NCBI GenBank assembly: GCA_963796455.1
Contig: CAWCLO010000004.1
Location: 32,001-96,000 of the forward strand
Direction of reading: 5' to 3'
Origin: Candidatus Sulfomarinibacteraceae bacterium
Lineage (GTDB): Bacteria > Acidobacteriota > Thermoanaerobaculia > Thermoanaerobaculales > Sulfomarinibacteraceae
DNA length: 64,000 bases
Shown: positions 30,853-39,837 of the stretch, piece by piece
How the letters are laid out: the number at the start of each line of letters is the position of its first letter
How positions within the stretch are numbered: the stretch's first letter is position 1
The notes under the pieces: generated by a model
Databases searched by the model: none
What the model saw: only the letters and a program-made list of their open reading frames with translations
What the model was told of the DNA's origin: nothing
Position numbers and translations under genes: made by a program

Positions 30853-31331
30853 CCTCTGATCGTCGAGCCGGCGAACGAGGTGTCGCGCTGGTCTTTGCGC
30901 TGGCGGCATTGACGCTGGTGGCGATCACGCTGGCCGCGGTAGTTGGTGAACTGAGGTCGCGCGGCGCTGGTGTCGTCATCGAAGAGCGCGCGGTCCGGGT
31001 CACCGCTCTGAGCGATGCATCCGTCGCTGAAACTCTCGCCGGGCTCGCCAAATACGGTTCGACCTATCTCGGGATCACCGAACGACGATTTGCCGGTGGC
31101 TATATTTCGTCCACCGTGCGTCCGATGGGGGAGTGGGAGGCCGAGGTCGTCGCAATCGGCCGTGACGACAATTGGCAGATGACGGTACGGCTTCGCGTGA
31201 CGCTTCAGGGAGGTCCCAGAGTTGTGTGGTGGGAACGGACGCAGCACCCCATCAGTGCGCTGCCTTCCGACCCGACCGGCGACAGTGACCGACCGAGACC
31301 CGCCCCGATTCCCACCATCCGGATGAACTGA
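30846..31331 (+). CDS. PilX/GspK-like minor pseudopilin
   Basis: ERGVALVFALAAL leader lacking Glu5. Confidence 0.7.
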   Translation: MVTSDRRAGERGVALVFALAALTLVAITLAAVVGELRSRGAGVVIEERAVRVTALSDASVAETLAGLAKYGSTYLGITERRFAGGYISSTVRPMGEWEAEVVAIGRDDNWQMTVRLRVTLQGGPRVVWWERTQHPISALPSDPTGDSDRPRPAPIPTIRMN

Positions 31332-31410
31332 TCAGAACACGACCTTGGTCCCCAGCCCGCGTGTGCTGACCGGAAACAACCGGAGCTGTCCGTCGTAAGA
31401 CTGCAGGGAC

Positions 31411-33024
31411 ATGAGTCGACGACACATTCCCGCGCTGCTGCTCCTCGTGATGGTGATTGCCGTGGCGATTGAGCGGCCCCTGGTTGGTGACACACCGGAA
31501 GGATCTGACCGACCCTTGAAGGCGGTCGCAAACGACGGCAGCCATCCGGATGCCCCGCCCGTCCGAAACGTGATTCTCATCAGCCTGGACACCACCCGAT
31601 GGGACGCGATCAGCGCCTACAACGCTCCGGAGGTGAATTCGCCGAATATCGCTGCCATCGGGCGCGAGGGAGTCGTGTTCGAAAACGCCTTCGCCCCGAT
31701 GCCGGTCACCTTGCCTTCGCACGCCACCATGCTGACGGGCAAGATTCCGCCGGCTCACGGGGTTCTGGACAACGGTCGATATACGCTCGCCGACCGTCAC
31801 GTGACGCTTGCAGAAGTGATGAAAGAAAACGGTTTCAATACCGGAGCGTTTTTGAGCGCATTGGTCATGGAATCCAAGTTCGGACTCGATCAAGGTTTCG
31901 ATGTCTACGATGATGAAATTGACGAGACCTCGATTATCGGTGAGCGTCGAGGAGATCGGACAACATCGAAAGCCATCGAGTGGATCAGGAAAAATAGAGA
32001 CGAAAAGAATTTTCTTTTCCTTCATCTCTTCGATCCTCATGCTCCCTATGAGGCTCCGGAATCATTTGCAACGAAGATACGAACTCTATATAAGAAGTAT
32101 CCGCGATATATCCAAGATTATGTTGCGGAAGTTGCCTTTACGGATCATTGCATAGGTCTTCTTATCGATGCATTGAAAGAACTGGAACTTTACGAAGAAT
32201 CCCTCATCTGCATCACTGCAGATCACGGCGAAAGTCACGGAGAACACGGCGAGAATACACACGGTTTCTACATCTATACATCAACGATGAGAGTTCCTTT
32301 GATATTCAAAATTCCCGGGAGCGTCGATCCGATCAGAGTGACAGATACGGTTGGAATTGTTGATGTTTTCCCAACGATTATTTCACTTTCTGGCCTCAAA
32401 AAAGTATCTGAAATACAGGGCGTTGATTTGGCAAAGGTTATCCGGGATAAAACGACCAGAATTCCGCAAAGAACGTTGTTCACTATGAGTATCGAACCGA
32501 TGAAATATGGTGGGCAGGGTCTCTTTGGGATCATCGCCGGAGGTTATCAATATATCGAGACCGCTCAACCAGAACTCTACGCATTATCAAGCGATGTTTA
32601 TGAAAAGAATAATCTCATTGATAGTGAGAGATCCCTTGCAAAGAAATTGCGGGCCGGACTCCAGTCAATTCTTGCCGAATTCCCGGTGGAAACGGATGAT
32701 GGATATCGTTCGGTTGATACTGCCACGCGGCAGCGTCTCGAAGCTCTGGGCTATGTCACGACACGAACCGAAGAGGCTCCATCGACCATCGACGCCAAGG
32801 ACCTGATTGAGTACCACAAAAAGAACTTGATCGCCCTGACCTACGTAGCACCGGAGAATCGCGATGCAGCACTGGCTGCCTGCGAGGACATGATCCGGAT
32901 GCGCCCCGATTTTCATCTCGGCTACCAGATGATGGGCACTGTGCTGATGGCGTCGGGGAGGCAAGGGGATGCTGCGCCGTTTTTTGAAAAGGCTGAAGCG
33001 CTCGGAGCTGGGGATCCAAATTGA
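31411..33024 (+). CDS. sulfatase-like hydrolase/transferase with C-terminal TPR-like segment
   Basis: NVILISLDTTR, PVTLPSHATMLTG, HLFDPHAPY, TADHGE, HGENTHG. Confidence 0.88.
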   Translation: MSRRHIPALLLLVMVIAVAIERPLVGDTPEGSDRPLKAVANDGSHPDAPPVRNVILISLDTTRWDAISAYNAPEVNSPNIAAIGREGVVFENAFAPMPVTLPSHATMLTGKIPPAHGVLDNGRYTLADRHVTLAEVMKENGFNTGAFLSALVMESKFGLDQGFDVYDDEIDETSIIGERRGDRTTSKAIEWIRKNRDEKNFLFLHLFDPHAPYEAPESFATKIRTLYKKYPRYIQDYVAEVAFTDHCIGLLIDALKELELYEESLICITADHGESHGEHGENTHGFYIYTSTMRVPLIFKIPGSVDPIRVTDTVGIVDVFPTIISLSGLKKVSEIQGVDLAKVIRDKTTRIPQRTLFTMSIEPMKYGGQGLFGIIAGGYQYIETAQPELYALSSDVYEKNNLIDSERSLAKKLRAGLQSILAEFPVETDDGYRSVDTATRQRLEALGYVTTRTEEAPSTIDAKDLIEYHKKNLIALTYVAPENRDAALAACEDMIRMRPDFHLGYQMMGTVLMASGRQGDAAPFFEKAEALGAGDPN

Positions 33025-33090
33025 ACCAACGGAGGTATCAGGCTCGCGAAGTAGGAGTGAATCTTCCCTTTTCGAGGTGGTCGGCAGGAG

Positions 33091-34602
33091 TCAGGAATAC
33101 TGGGTCGGCCCAACCTGAATGATGCCCTGCAGCATCCGATTCCTGGGGTCCCGGGTTTCCCCAACCGATGACACCCGAATGGCCGCCTGCTCTCCGACCG
33201 GGCAGCGGTTTTCGCACAGACCGCAACCGGTGCAGAGCTCGGGTTGAATCTGCGGGCGTTGCAGAAAGACCCTCTCGCCGTCGCGGTTGGTGATGTTCAC
33301 ATCCTCGAAGAAGATAGCCTTCGGCGAGGTCGGGCACATCTCCTCGCAGACGATGCAGGGAGTCTCCATGGCCCAGGGGAGGCAGCGGCCGCGGTCGAAG
33401 AAGGCGGTGCCGATGCTGACTTCCGCAGGACCGCCGATGGCCTGTTTGGCTTCGGGATCGAGGACGGTCAGGGCCTCGGTTGGGCAGACCTCGCCACACC
33501 GGATGCACGATGGTTCGCACCAGCCGCGGCGCATATTCAGAACGGGAGTGAAGAGGCCCTCGACACCGGTCTTACCGAAGTCCGAAAGAATGACCCCGGT
33601 GGGACAGGAGGCCGAGCAGGCGCCGCAGGTGATGCAGCGCGCCAGAAAGGCCTCTTCATCAAGAGCTCCCGGCGGGCGGATGGCGTCGTGGCTGCGGGCG
33701 TCGAGGCCGCTGCCCCCGGCTCTGAGAACCGGTGCAAAGACGGCCGATCCGGTGACGCCCAGGAGGAATCTGCGGCGGCCGACATCGAGCGACGGCATGG
33801 GTTGGGTGCTTTCGGGGGTCGGAAGACCGAAGTGCAGGCTCTCTTCAGCGCAGGTCCCAAGGCAATTGAGGCAGACGTGGCATTCGCTGACCCGATGTTT
33901 CTCGAGTGGTTCGTCGGCGCCCTGACAGGCGAAAACACACAGGGTGCAGCTCGTGCAGGACCCGGTCTGATCACGGCGAATTCGCAGCGGTGCGAGACGG
34001 GCGAAGAGACCCATGAGTGCACCGAGCGGACAGACGCCGCGGCAGAAGAAGCGTGGCATCCACGCCGAGAGCAGCAGGATGGCGGCCAGAATGCCGAACG
34101 AGATCCAACCTCCGGGGGTCGCACCGCCGTGCCACATGGGCCGGATACCGGCGGCGAATGCACGGTGGAGCAGGGGAATGGGGTCGAGCCACCCGATGTG
34201 GTTGGTTCCGAGGGCCGCCCAAACCAGGAGAACCGTGAGGATGATGTACTTGATGGAGAACCACTTGCGATAGCGGTTGATCTTGTACCGTTTGCGTTTT
34301 TCGGGGCCCGCGATCCACGAGACCAGCTGCTGAAGGGTGCCGAGGGGGCAGATCCACCCGCAGAAGAAGCGGCCGAGAACCGCGGTGAAGGCGAGAACGG
34401 CGAGGCCGAGCCACGTCCAACCGACGATCGTCCAATCGGACAAAGCGGTCCCCACGGCGGTCAGGGGGTCGAGGGCGAGCAGGATCGAGGCCAGCGACGC
34501 AGGAACCCGCGGTTCCGCGAGACCCCAAAAGAGCGCGATGAAGGCAAAAAGAAACAGTGCCTGTACGAGGATCCGGTAGTGGCGGGCGCGAGGGAGTTTC
34601 AT
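33091..34602 (-). CDS. membrane-bound polyferredoxin (NapH/MauN-like fused to NapG/MauM-like)
   Basis: GRFFCGWICPLG, RFFCRGVCPLG, IRPPGA, multiple CxxCxxCxxxCP. Confidence 0.88.
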   Translation of the reverse strand: MKLPRARHYRILVQALFLFAFIALFWGLAEPRVPASLASILLALDPLTAVGTALSDWTIVGWTWLGLAVLAFTAVLGRFFCGWICPLGTLQQLVSWIAGPEKRKRYKINRYRKWFSIKYIILTVLLVWAALGTNHIGWLDPIPLLHRAFAAGIRPMWHGGATPGGWISFGILAAILLLSAWMPRFFCRGVCPLGALMGLFARLAPLRIRRDQTGSCTSCTLCVFACQGADEPLEKHRVSECHVCLNCLGTCAEESLHFGLPTPESTQPMPSLDVGRRRFLLGVTGSAVFAPVLRAGGSGLDARSHDAIRPPGALDEEAFLARCITCGACSASCPTGVILSDFGKTGVEGLFTPVLNMRRGWCEPSCIRCGEVCPTEALTVLDPEAKQAIGGPAEVSIGTAFFDRGRCLPWAMETPCIVCEEMCPTSPKAIFFEDVNITNRDGERVFLQRPQIQPELCTGCGLCENRCPVGEQAAIRVSSVGETRDPRNRMLQGIIQVGPTQYS

Positions 34603-34632
34603 GGAGTCGATTCCTTCGGAAACGACTCGAGC

Positions 34633-34743
34633 TCGGAATTCGGAATTCGGAATTCGGAATCCCCGTCCGGTCCCCCTATCGAGTTTTCAGCACGATTGAT
34701 GAATTGGCGAAACTTCGAAATCCGAAATCCGAAATCCGAAATC
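34633..34743. repeat. inverted pair of 7-mer arrays (CGGAATT ... CGAAATC)
   Basis: Left arm 34633-34661, right arm 34714-34743. Confidence 0.88.
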
Positions 34744-34747
34744 ATCT

Positions 34748-35743
34748 TCAGGACTCCACCAGGACTGACTTCCAGTCCTCGGTTCCGAGCCCGAGCCGTG
34801 CCGCGATGGCGATATGGGGCAGTTCTTCGGGGCCGAGGTCCAGAAGGCTCGCACCCCACGCGTCCGCGGCCACCGGGTCGGTTGCCACCGCCACACAATC
34901 GGTGGCCTTGACCAGCGCCAGCGATCCTCCGGTCGGCCCCCCACCGGTGAGGATCCGGGTCGCGTCGATGACCGTCAGTGTCGGTCGAAAGGCGGCTCCG
35001 AGTTCAGCGCAGACCTGGGCGATTCGCTGGTGGAGATTGGGCCGTCGGCCGACCACCGCCCCAAACCAGTTTTTCATCCCGAGGGTGCCGCGTGAAAGAG
35101 AGTGGTGTTTGACCACCGGTACGTTGATGACACGGTCGGCCTCGACGATCGGTCGCAGGACCTCCCACGGACCGAGAGTGGTTCCGCCCAGATTGAGTGT
35201 CACGGTGCTTGTGTTGTTCTGGTGGGCGCAGCTTGCACCCGCTTCACCAGCCGCGGCTTCGATGCCGGAGCGGGTGAAAGCGCGGCCGGGATCGTGGCAG
35301 GAATTGTCAATCACTACCACCGAGGCGGCGCCCGCAGCCAGACACTGGCGGGCCAGTTCGGCGATGACTTCCGGATCCGTGTTGGCAGCCTGTGCCGGTC
35401 GCCGGTCCCACGCACAATTGGGTTTGAGGACCACCTTTTCGCCCGGTTTGACGAATTGCTTCATCCCACCCATGGCGCCGAGCGCCGCTTGGATATTGGC
35501 AGTCGGACCGTTTCCGCAAGCCGTCGCGATCCGACCGGGGCCGGCCGGATCGGTGCGCCAATCCTTTGGCGAAGGGAGCGCCGCGACTTCGGGCGGTCGA
35601 TGGCGGCCGCCTCGGCCCGAGAATCCAAAACCGAGGGCGGCGAGTGCGAGACCGGCCGCGGTCGGGGGAACCCACTGGCGGAGAAGCTCACGTCGCCCGA
35701 GTTGCTGGTAGTCATTGACGATCGGAAGATTTTTGTCAGTCAT
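34748..35743 (-). CDS. DUF362 domain protein
   Basis: VVLKPNCAWDR, ANTDP, INVPVVKHH, TLGMKNWFG, DPVAAD; RR-containing leader. Confidence 0.85.
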   Translation of the reverse strand: MTDKNLPIVNDYQQLGRRELLRQWVPPTAAGLALAALGFGFSGRGGRHRPPEVAALPSPKDWRTDPAGPGRIATACGNGPTANIQAALGAMGGMKQFVKPGEKVVLKPNCAWDRRPAQAANTDPEVIAELARQCLAAGAASVVVIDNSCHDPGRAFTRSGIEAAAGEAGASCAHQNNTSTVTLNLGGTTLGPWEVLRPIVEADRVINVPVVKHHSLSRGTLGMKNWFGAVVGRRPNLHQRIAQVCAELGAAFRPTLTVIDATRILTGGGPTGGSLALVKATDCVAVATDPVAADAWGASLLDLGPEELPHIAIAARLGLGTEDWKSVLVES

Positions 35744-36047
35744 AGCGCCCTCGCGGCCTCAAGTGTAACGCGGCTTCCTCAGTTGCCGGATCACTGTTGT
35801 CCGAAACAAATCGTCATTTGCGGTTGCCCACCTGCCAATACGTGGTTTATAGGTTGGTTTTTGGCATATCCAGTTCGCGGTTACCCAGCGTCCGAGTTCG
35901 AGTCCGAGTCCGTGTTCGCGTCCGTGCCCGGATTGCAGCGGCAGCGACAGTGTCCAGCGTCAGCGTCAGCGACAGGACAGCGTCAGGAACCAGCGATCAG
36001 TGTACAGGGACAGGGGACAGCGGCAGCGGTCAGGTGCAGCGACGGCG

Positions 36048-36186
36048 TGGTCACCGCCGGGTCGTTCAACAGTAAGGGGTAGCCGGTGGGCGGCCGATGT
36101 CAAGGACAGGCAGGGTGCAGGGCATCCTTGACATCGGCCGCCACACCGGCTTGTGGATATGGGCATGAACGACCCGGAGGTGACCA
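36048..36186 (+). other. conserved nested hairpin leader of element copy B
   Basis: Outer stem 36048-36068/36166-36186 (20/21); inner stem 36081-36106/36125-36151. Confidence 0.85.
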
Positions 36187-36539
36187 TGTCCAACGCCGCC
36201 ACGAACACCAACCTCGTTGCCCACTCAAAAGCCCTCGAAGCAGCAGGAATCGCGATCAAGCTGGTGATGAGGGTTCCGGCTCCGCTGAAGTCGATAGCCG
36301 ATCAGGTGATCCGGTCGGCAAGTTCAGTCCCTGCAAACCTGGCAGAAGGTCACGGCCGAGTCGGTAGAGACCGGTCGAACCACTGGAGAATCGCTTACGC
36401 CTCGGCGAAAGAGGTCGACAGCCACTTGGAACTCCTCGCCCACGCCGGGGCGATCAGCCCGAACGGAGCCAGTGAAGCGATGAACGCCTTCGATCAGGTC
36501 CGTGCCATGACTTGGCGACTGTTGAACCCGACGAAGTGA
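36186..36539 (+). CDS. four helix bundle protein, copy B
   Basis: 7 aa differences from copy A and 6 from copy C over 117 aa (hand count). Confidence 0.9.
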   Translation: MSNAATNTNLVAHSKALEAAGIAIKLVMRVPAPLKSIADQVIRSASSVPANLAEGHGRVGRDRSNHWRIAYASAKEVDSHLELLAHAGAISPNGASEAMNAFDQVRAMTWRLLNPTK

Positions 36540-36837
36540 GAGCTTTTCACTGGCGCTCTCGCTGCCCCGGCCCCGGCCGCTGTTCGCTGCCGCTGATGAC
36601 TGAACACTGCCCCTGACTACTGTTCCCCGTCGCTGCCCCTGTACGCTGTCCGAGACGCTGTTTTGGAAAAGAGTGCCTCCGGATACCGATTCCAGGGTTT
36701 CGACCCCGCCCGGGGAATTGAGCCGCTCACGTGAACGTAGTTCCAGAGGTCTGACACCTGAAGTCCAGAAAACGGCACCTGGCTCGTTGTAGAATGTCGG
36801 GCATCAAAAACTGCCGAAGAGAACTGGAGCGGCACAC

Positions 36838-37428
36838 ATGGCAAAGATACTCATCGGATGCGGGTTGGCATTTGTTCTCCTGTTGGGGATCGTCGCCTTC
36901 ATGGTCACTGGAATCTATAACAATCTCGTCGGTCTGGAAGAGGGCGTCGATGCGGCCTGGGGCCAGGTCGAAAACGTCTATCAGCGGCGGGCCGATCTGA
37001 TCCCGAATCTGGTCGCCACGGTCAAGGGAGCCGCCGAGTTCGAGCAGGAAACACTGCAGAACGTGATCGAGGCGAGGGCCAAGGTCGGGCAGATGAATAT
37101 CGAAGGTGCGCCGACGCCAGGCCAGATGCAGGCGTTTCAGGCCAACCAGGATGCGTTGTCGTCGGCTCTTTCGCGTCTGTTGGTGGTTGTCGAGCGCTAC
37201 CCGGATCTGAAGGCTGTGCAGGCGTTCCGGGATCTCCAGGTGCAGCTCGAAGGGACCGAGAACCGGATCGCGGTCGAGCGCAACCGCTACAACGAGGCCG
37301 CGCGGCTCTACAACACGGCGCGGCGGAGTTTTCCGGCGGCCCTCTTTGCGAATCTCTTCGGATTCGGGGACAAGGGTTATTTCGAGTCGAAGCCGGGAGC
37401 CGACGAACCGCCACAGGTTGAATTCTGA
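36838..37428 (+). CDS. lemA: LemA family protein
   Basis: YQRRADLIPNLV, VVVERYPDLKA, LEGTENRIAVER. Confidence 0.95.
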   Translation: MAKILIGCGLAFVLLLGIVAFMVTGIYNNLVGLEEGVDAAWGQVENVYQRRADLIPNLVATVKGAAEFEQETLQNVIEARAKVGQMNIEGAPTPGQMQAFQANQDALSSALSRLLVVVERYPDLKAVQAFRDLQVQLEGTENRIAVERNRYNEAARLYNTARRSFPAALFANLFGFGDKGYFESKPGADEPPQVEF

Positions 37429-37455
37429 TTACTCGCGGTTGGTTGAGCTGAAAAG

Positions 37456-38109
37456 ATGAGCTTTCGTTCGCTCTTTAAGCCCTCGGATCTTGAGTCGATC
37501 CAGGAGGCCACCGCCCATGCGGAGTCCCTGACCGGCGGCGAGATCGTCCCCTATATCGTCGAGAGGGTCGTCGATCACGATGAAGGGCGCTGGCGCGGAG
37601 CCACCATCGGCGCCTTGACCGCCGCGGTGGCGGCCGGTCTGGCGCACGCTTTCGGAGACCACTGGGGTGGGTCTGGAGTCTGGTGGATCACGTTGCCGAC
37701 TCTGGTTGGCGCCGGTTTCGGCTTTCTGTTGGCCGGATTGGCCCCGATTGCCAGGTTTTTGATTCCCGAGGATCACCTCGATCGGGTGGTCGGGTTGCGG
37801 GCGGAGGCGGCCTTCCTGGAAGAGGAGGTCTTCGCCACCCGGGATCGAACGGGCATTCTGGTGTTTTTGGCGATCTTCGAACATCGTGCGGTCATCCTGG
37901 CCGACGAGGGAATCCACCGGGCGGTGCCAAAGGACGAGTGGCAGCATCTGATCGACAATCTGGTCTTGGGAATCAAGGCCGGAAGGGCACCGGGTGCTTT
38001 GGCAGAGGTCATCTCTCGCTGTGGCGATCTGTTGGCGACCTACGAGGTCGTTCGCAGGCCTGAGGACGAGGATGAACTCGAAGATGCGCCGCGGATTCGG
38101 GAGCGCTGA
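37456..38109 (+). CDS. TPM domain membrane protein
   Basis: AESLTGGEIV, TRDRTGILVF, ILADEGI; typical lemA neighbour. Confidence 0.85.
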   Translation: MSFRSLFKPSDLESIQEATAHAESLTGGEIVPYIVERVVDHDEGRWRGATIGALTAAVAAGLAHAFGDHWGGSGVWWITLPTLVGAGFGFLLAGLAPIARFLIPEDHLDRVVGLRAEAAFLEEEVFATRDRTGILVFLAIFEHRAVILADEGIHRAVPKDEWQHLIDNLVLGIKAGRAPGALAEVISRCGDLLATYEVVRRPEDEDELEDAPRIRER

Positions 38110-38110
38110 A

Positions 38111-39004
38111 ATGGCGAAGATCCGGCTCCATCGCGCCCGAGGTTTGCTCCTTGTGGCCCTGTGCCTGGTGGCGGGCACCTTGGCGGCGCTCGAGGTTCCG
38201 TATCTCGCCGGACGGGTCAACGATCAGGCGATGTTGCTCGGCGATGCCTATGAAGCTGAACTCGAGGAAAGACTGCGGCAACTCGAGGAGGAGACCGGCG
38301 CCCAGGTCGTGGTGCTGACCGTCCCGAGTCTCGATGGCGATCCGATCGAGGACTTCGCCATCCGGGTCGTGGAGGCCTGGAAACTGGGGCGGTCGGGAAT
38401 CGACGATGGTGTGCTGATCCTGATCTCACGGGATGACCGTCGGATGCGGATCGAGGTCGGGTATGGGCTCGAGGGAGCCCTCACGGATGCCCAGAGCGGC
38501 AGAATCATCGATGGTCTGATGGCGCCGCGGTTTCGCTCGGGAGATTTTGACGGCGGTGTCGATGCCGCGGTCGGAGCAGTTTCCGCCGCAGTTCGGGGTG
38601 AGGAACTCGAACTCCCCCGAGAGACGGAGAGCGACCGTGGCGGCGACCCTTCTTCCGTCATTTTCTTTTTCATTTTCGGCATGCCGTTTATCATGGCCGC
38701 GCTGTCATCGAAAGGCCCCGCCGGGTGGATCCTCGGGCTTTCTCTGACCCCGTTTTTCTTTGCGGCTCCGGCGATTCTCCTTGGCGTGAAAGCGGGCGTG
38801 GTGGCTGCGATTCTGTGGTTGGTGGCCTTCCCGATTCTGCGCCTCATCCTGCCCAAACAGATGGTCGGGCGGGGCTCGGGATCCCGCGGCGGGACCTTTT
38901 GGGGTCCGATGGGCGGCGGTGGCGGCGGTGGTGGTTTTTCGGGTGGCGGCTTCTCCGGCGGCGGCGGAAGTTTTGGCGGCGGCGGGGCGAGCGGAGGGTG
39001 GTAA
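38111..39004 (+). CDS. TPM domain protein (YgcG-like)
   Basis: GRVNDQA, WKLGRSGIDDGVL, RIEVGYGLEGALTD, Gly-rich GGGGASGGW tail. Confidence 0.9.
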   Translation: MAKIRLHRARGLLLVALCLVAGTLAALEVPYLAGRVNDQAMLLGDAYEAELEERLRQLEEETGAQVVVLTVPSLDGDPIEDFAIRVVEAWKLGRSGIDDGVLILISRDDRRMRIEVGYGLEGALTDAQSGRIIDGLMAPRFRSGDFDGGVDAAVGAVSAAVRGEELELPRETESDRGGDPSSVIFFFIFGMPFIMAALSSKGPAGWILGLSLTPFFFAAPAILLGVKAGVVAAILWLVAFPILRLILPKQMVGRGSGSRGGTFWGPMGGGGGGGGFSGGGFSGGGGSFGGGGASGGW

Positions 39005-39196
39005 CTGACGGCGGTTCCGGTGGCTGGTCCCTACTGCGTATCCAACGATTGGCATCACCGGATATGACCGTCGTTGATCTTCGCCCATTTGATATCTGGT
39101 CAATCAGCCGCAGCATGTGACTTTTCCAAAGACCAACTGTCCGAGTTTGTGAATGATGAAATATCCAACAACCGACAAACACACAAGGAGGTAGCG

Positions 39197-39691
39197 ATGG
39201 GACTGATTGATTTTATTAAGGGTGCAGGCGAAAAGATTTTCAACAGGCAAGACGATGGGGCCGAGGCGGCGGCACAGGCTGCGGCGGTAGCCGCGGCAGA
39301 AGTGGCGGCAGAGGAGAAGAAAGAAGTGACCCTCGGAAAGTACGTCGGGAGACTCGGTCTTGAGATCGAAAACCTGGGAATCGAGGTCGACGACGATCTG
39401 GTGACGGTGACGGGCTCTGCTCCGAGCCAGGAGATTCGCGAAAAAATCGTCCTCGCCCTGGGCAACACCGCGGGCACCGCGCGGGTCGATGATCGCATCG
39501 TGGTGGAGGCTACGGAGCCGGAGGCTCGGTTCTATACCGTGGTGGGTGGCGACACCCTGGGCAAGATCGCCAAAGAGTTCTACGGCAATGCCATGAAGTA
39601 TCCGGTGATCTTCGAAGCCAACAAGCCCATGCTCAGCGATCCGGACAAGATCTACCCCGGTCAGGTGCTGCGGATTCCGACCCAGGACTGA
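39197..39691 (+). CDS. BON-LysM protein (YgaU/Kbp-like)
   Basis: MGLIDFIKGAGEK, YTVVGGDTLGKIA, IFEANKPML.DPDKIYPGQVLRIP. Confidence 0.92.
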   Translation: MGLIDFIKGAGEKIFNRQDDGAEAAAQAAAVAAAEVAAEEKKEVTLGKYVGRLGLEIENLGIEVDDDLVTVTGSAPSQEIREKIVLALGNTAGTARVDDRIVVEATEPEARFYTVVGGDTLGKIAKEFYGNAMKYPVIFEANKPMLSDPDKIYPGQVLRIPTQD

Positions 39692-39837
39692 CCCTGTGGG
39701 ATATGCGGATTCGCCCTCCGTCGTCGTGCTACGATGACCGGGCACTATCCGTACAGACCAAGGAGAGCCCCGTTGCCGAGTCAGCGGGCACAAGCCAAAG
39801 AGTCGGTTGACGACTCACAACCAAAAAGGAGATCGAT

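Larger units (their letters stand above)
35786..36682 (+). mobile_element. four-helix-bundle repeat element, copy B
   Basis: Left TCACTGTTGTCCGAAACA and right TGTTTTGGAAAAGAGTGC form a ~14/18 inverted match; CAG arrays ~35936-36041, CTG arrays ~36550-36650. Confidence 0.75.

Noticed and set aside
33244..34911. Long antisense ORFs (also 19020-20144, 24300-25517, 43339-44655, 51046-52482, 52098-53792, 59889-61277)
   Set aside because: Shadow frames opposite well-supported genes, expected in high-GC DNA.
35860..35882. Sigma-54 promoter in the element's left segment (TTGGCATATCC...)
   Set aside because: GG-to-GC spacing does not fit the -24/-12 consensus.
36153..36185. Longer N-terminus MxMGMNDPEVT for the four-helix-bundle ORFs, and the overlapping 93-aa MGGRCQGQ ORFs
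   Set aside because: The GGAGGT RBS sits just before the MSNAAT ATG; the upstream codons are hairpin sequence, and the synonymous-change pattern supports only the four-helix frame.
36048..36539. Retron (a1/a2 inverted repeats around an msd-like hairpin)
   Set aside because: Shape is similar, but the downstream ORF is a four-helix bundle with no YxDD RT motif, and no RT is nearby.
35786..36682. 23S rRNA intervening sequence
   Set aside because: Flanks are protein-coding genes; no rRNA sequence recognised anywhere in the window.
35770..36700. Target-site duplications around the elements
   Set aside because: I could not find convincing direct repeats outside the ends of copies A, B or C; the ends are only approximately defined.
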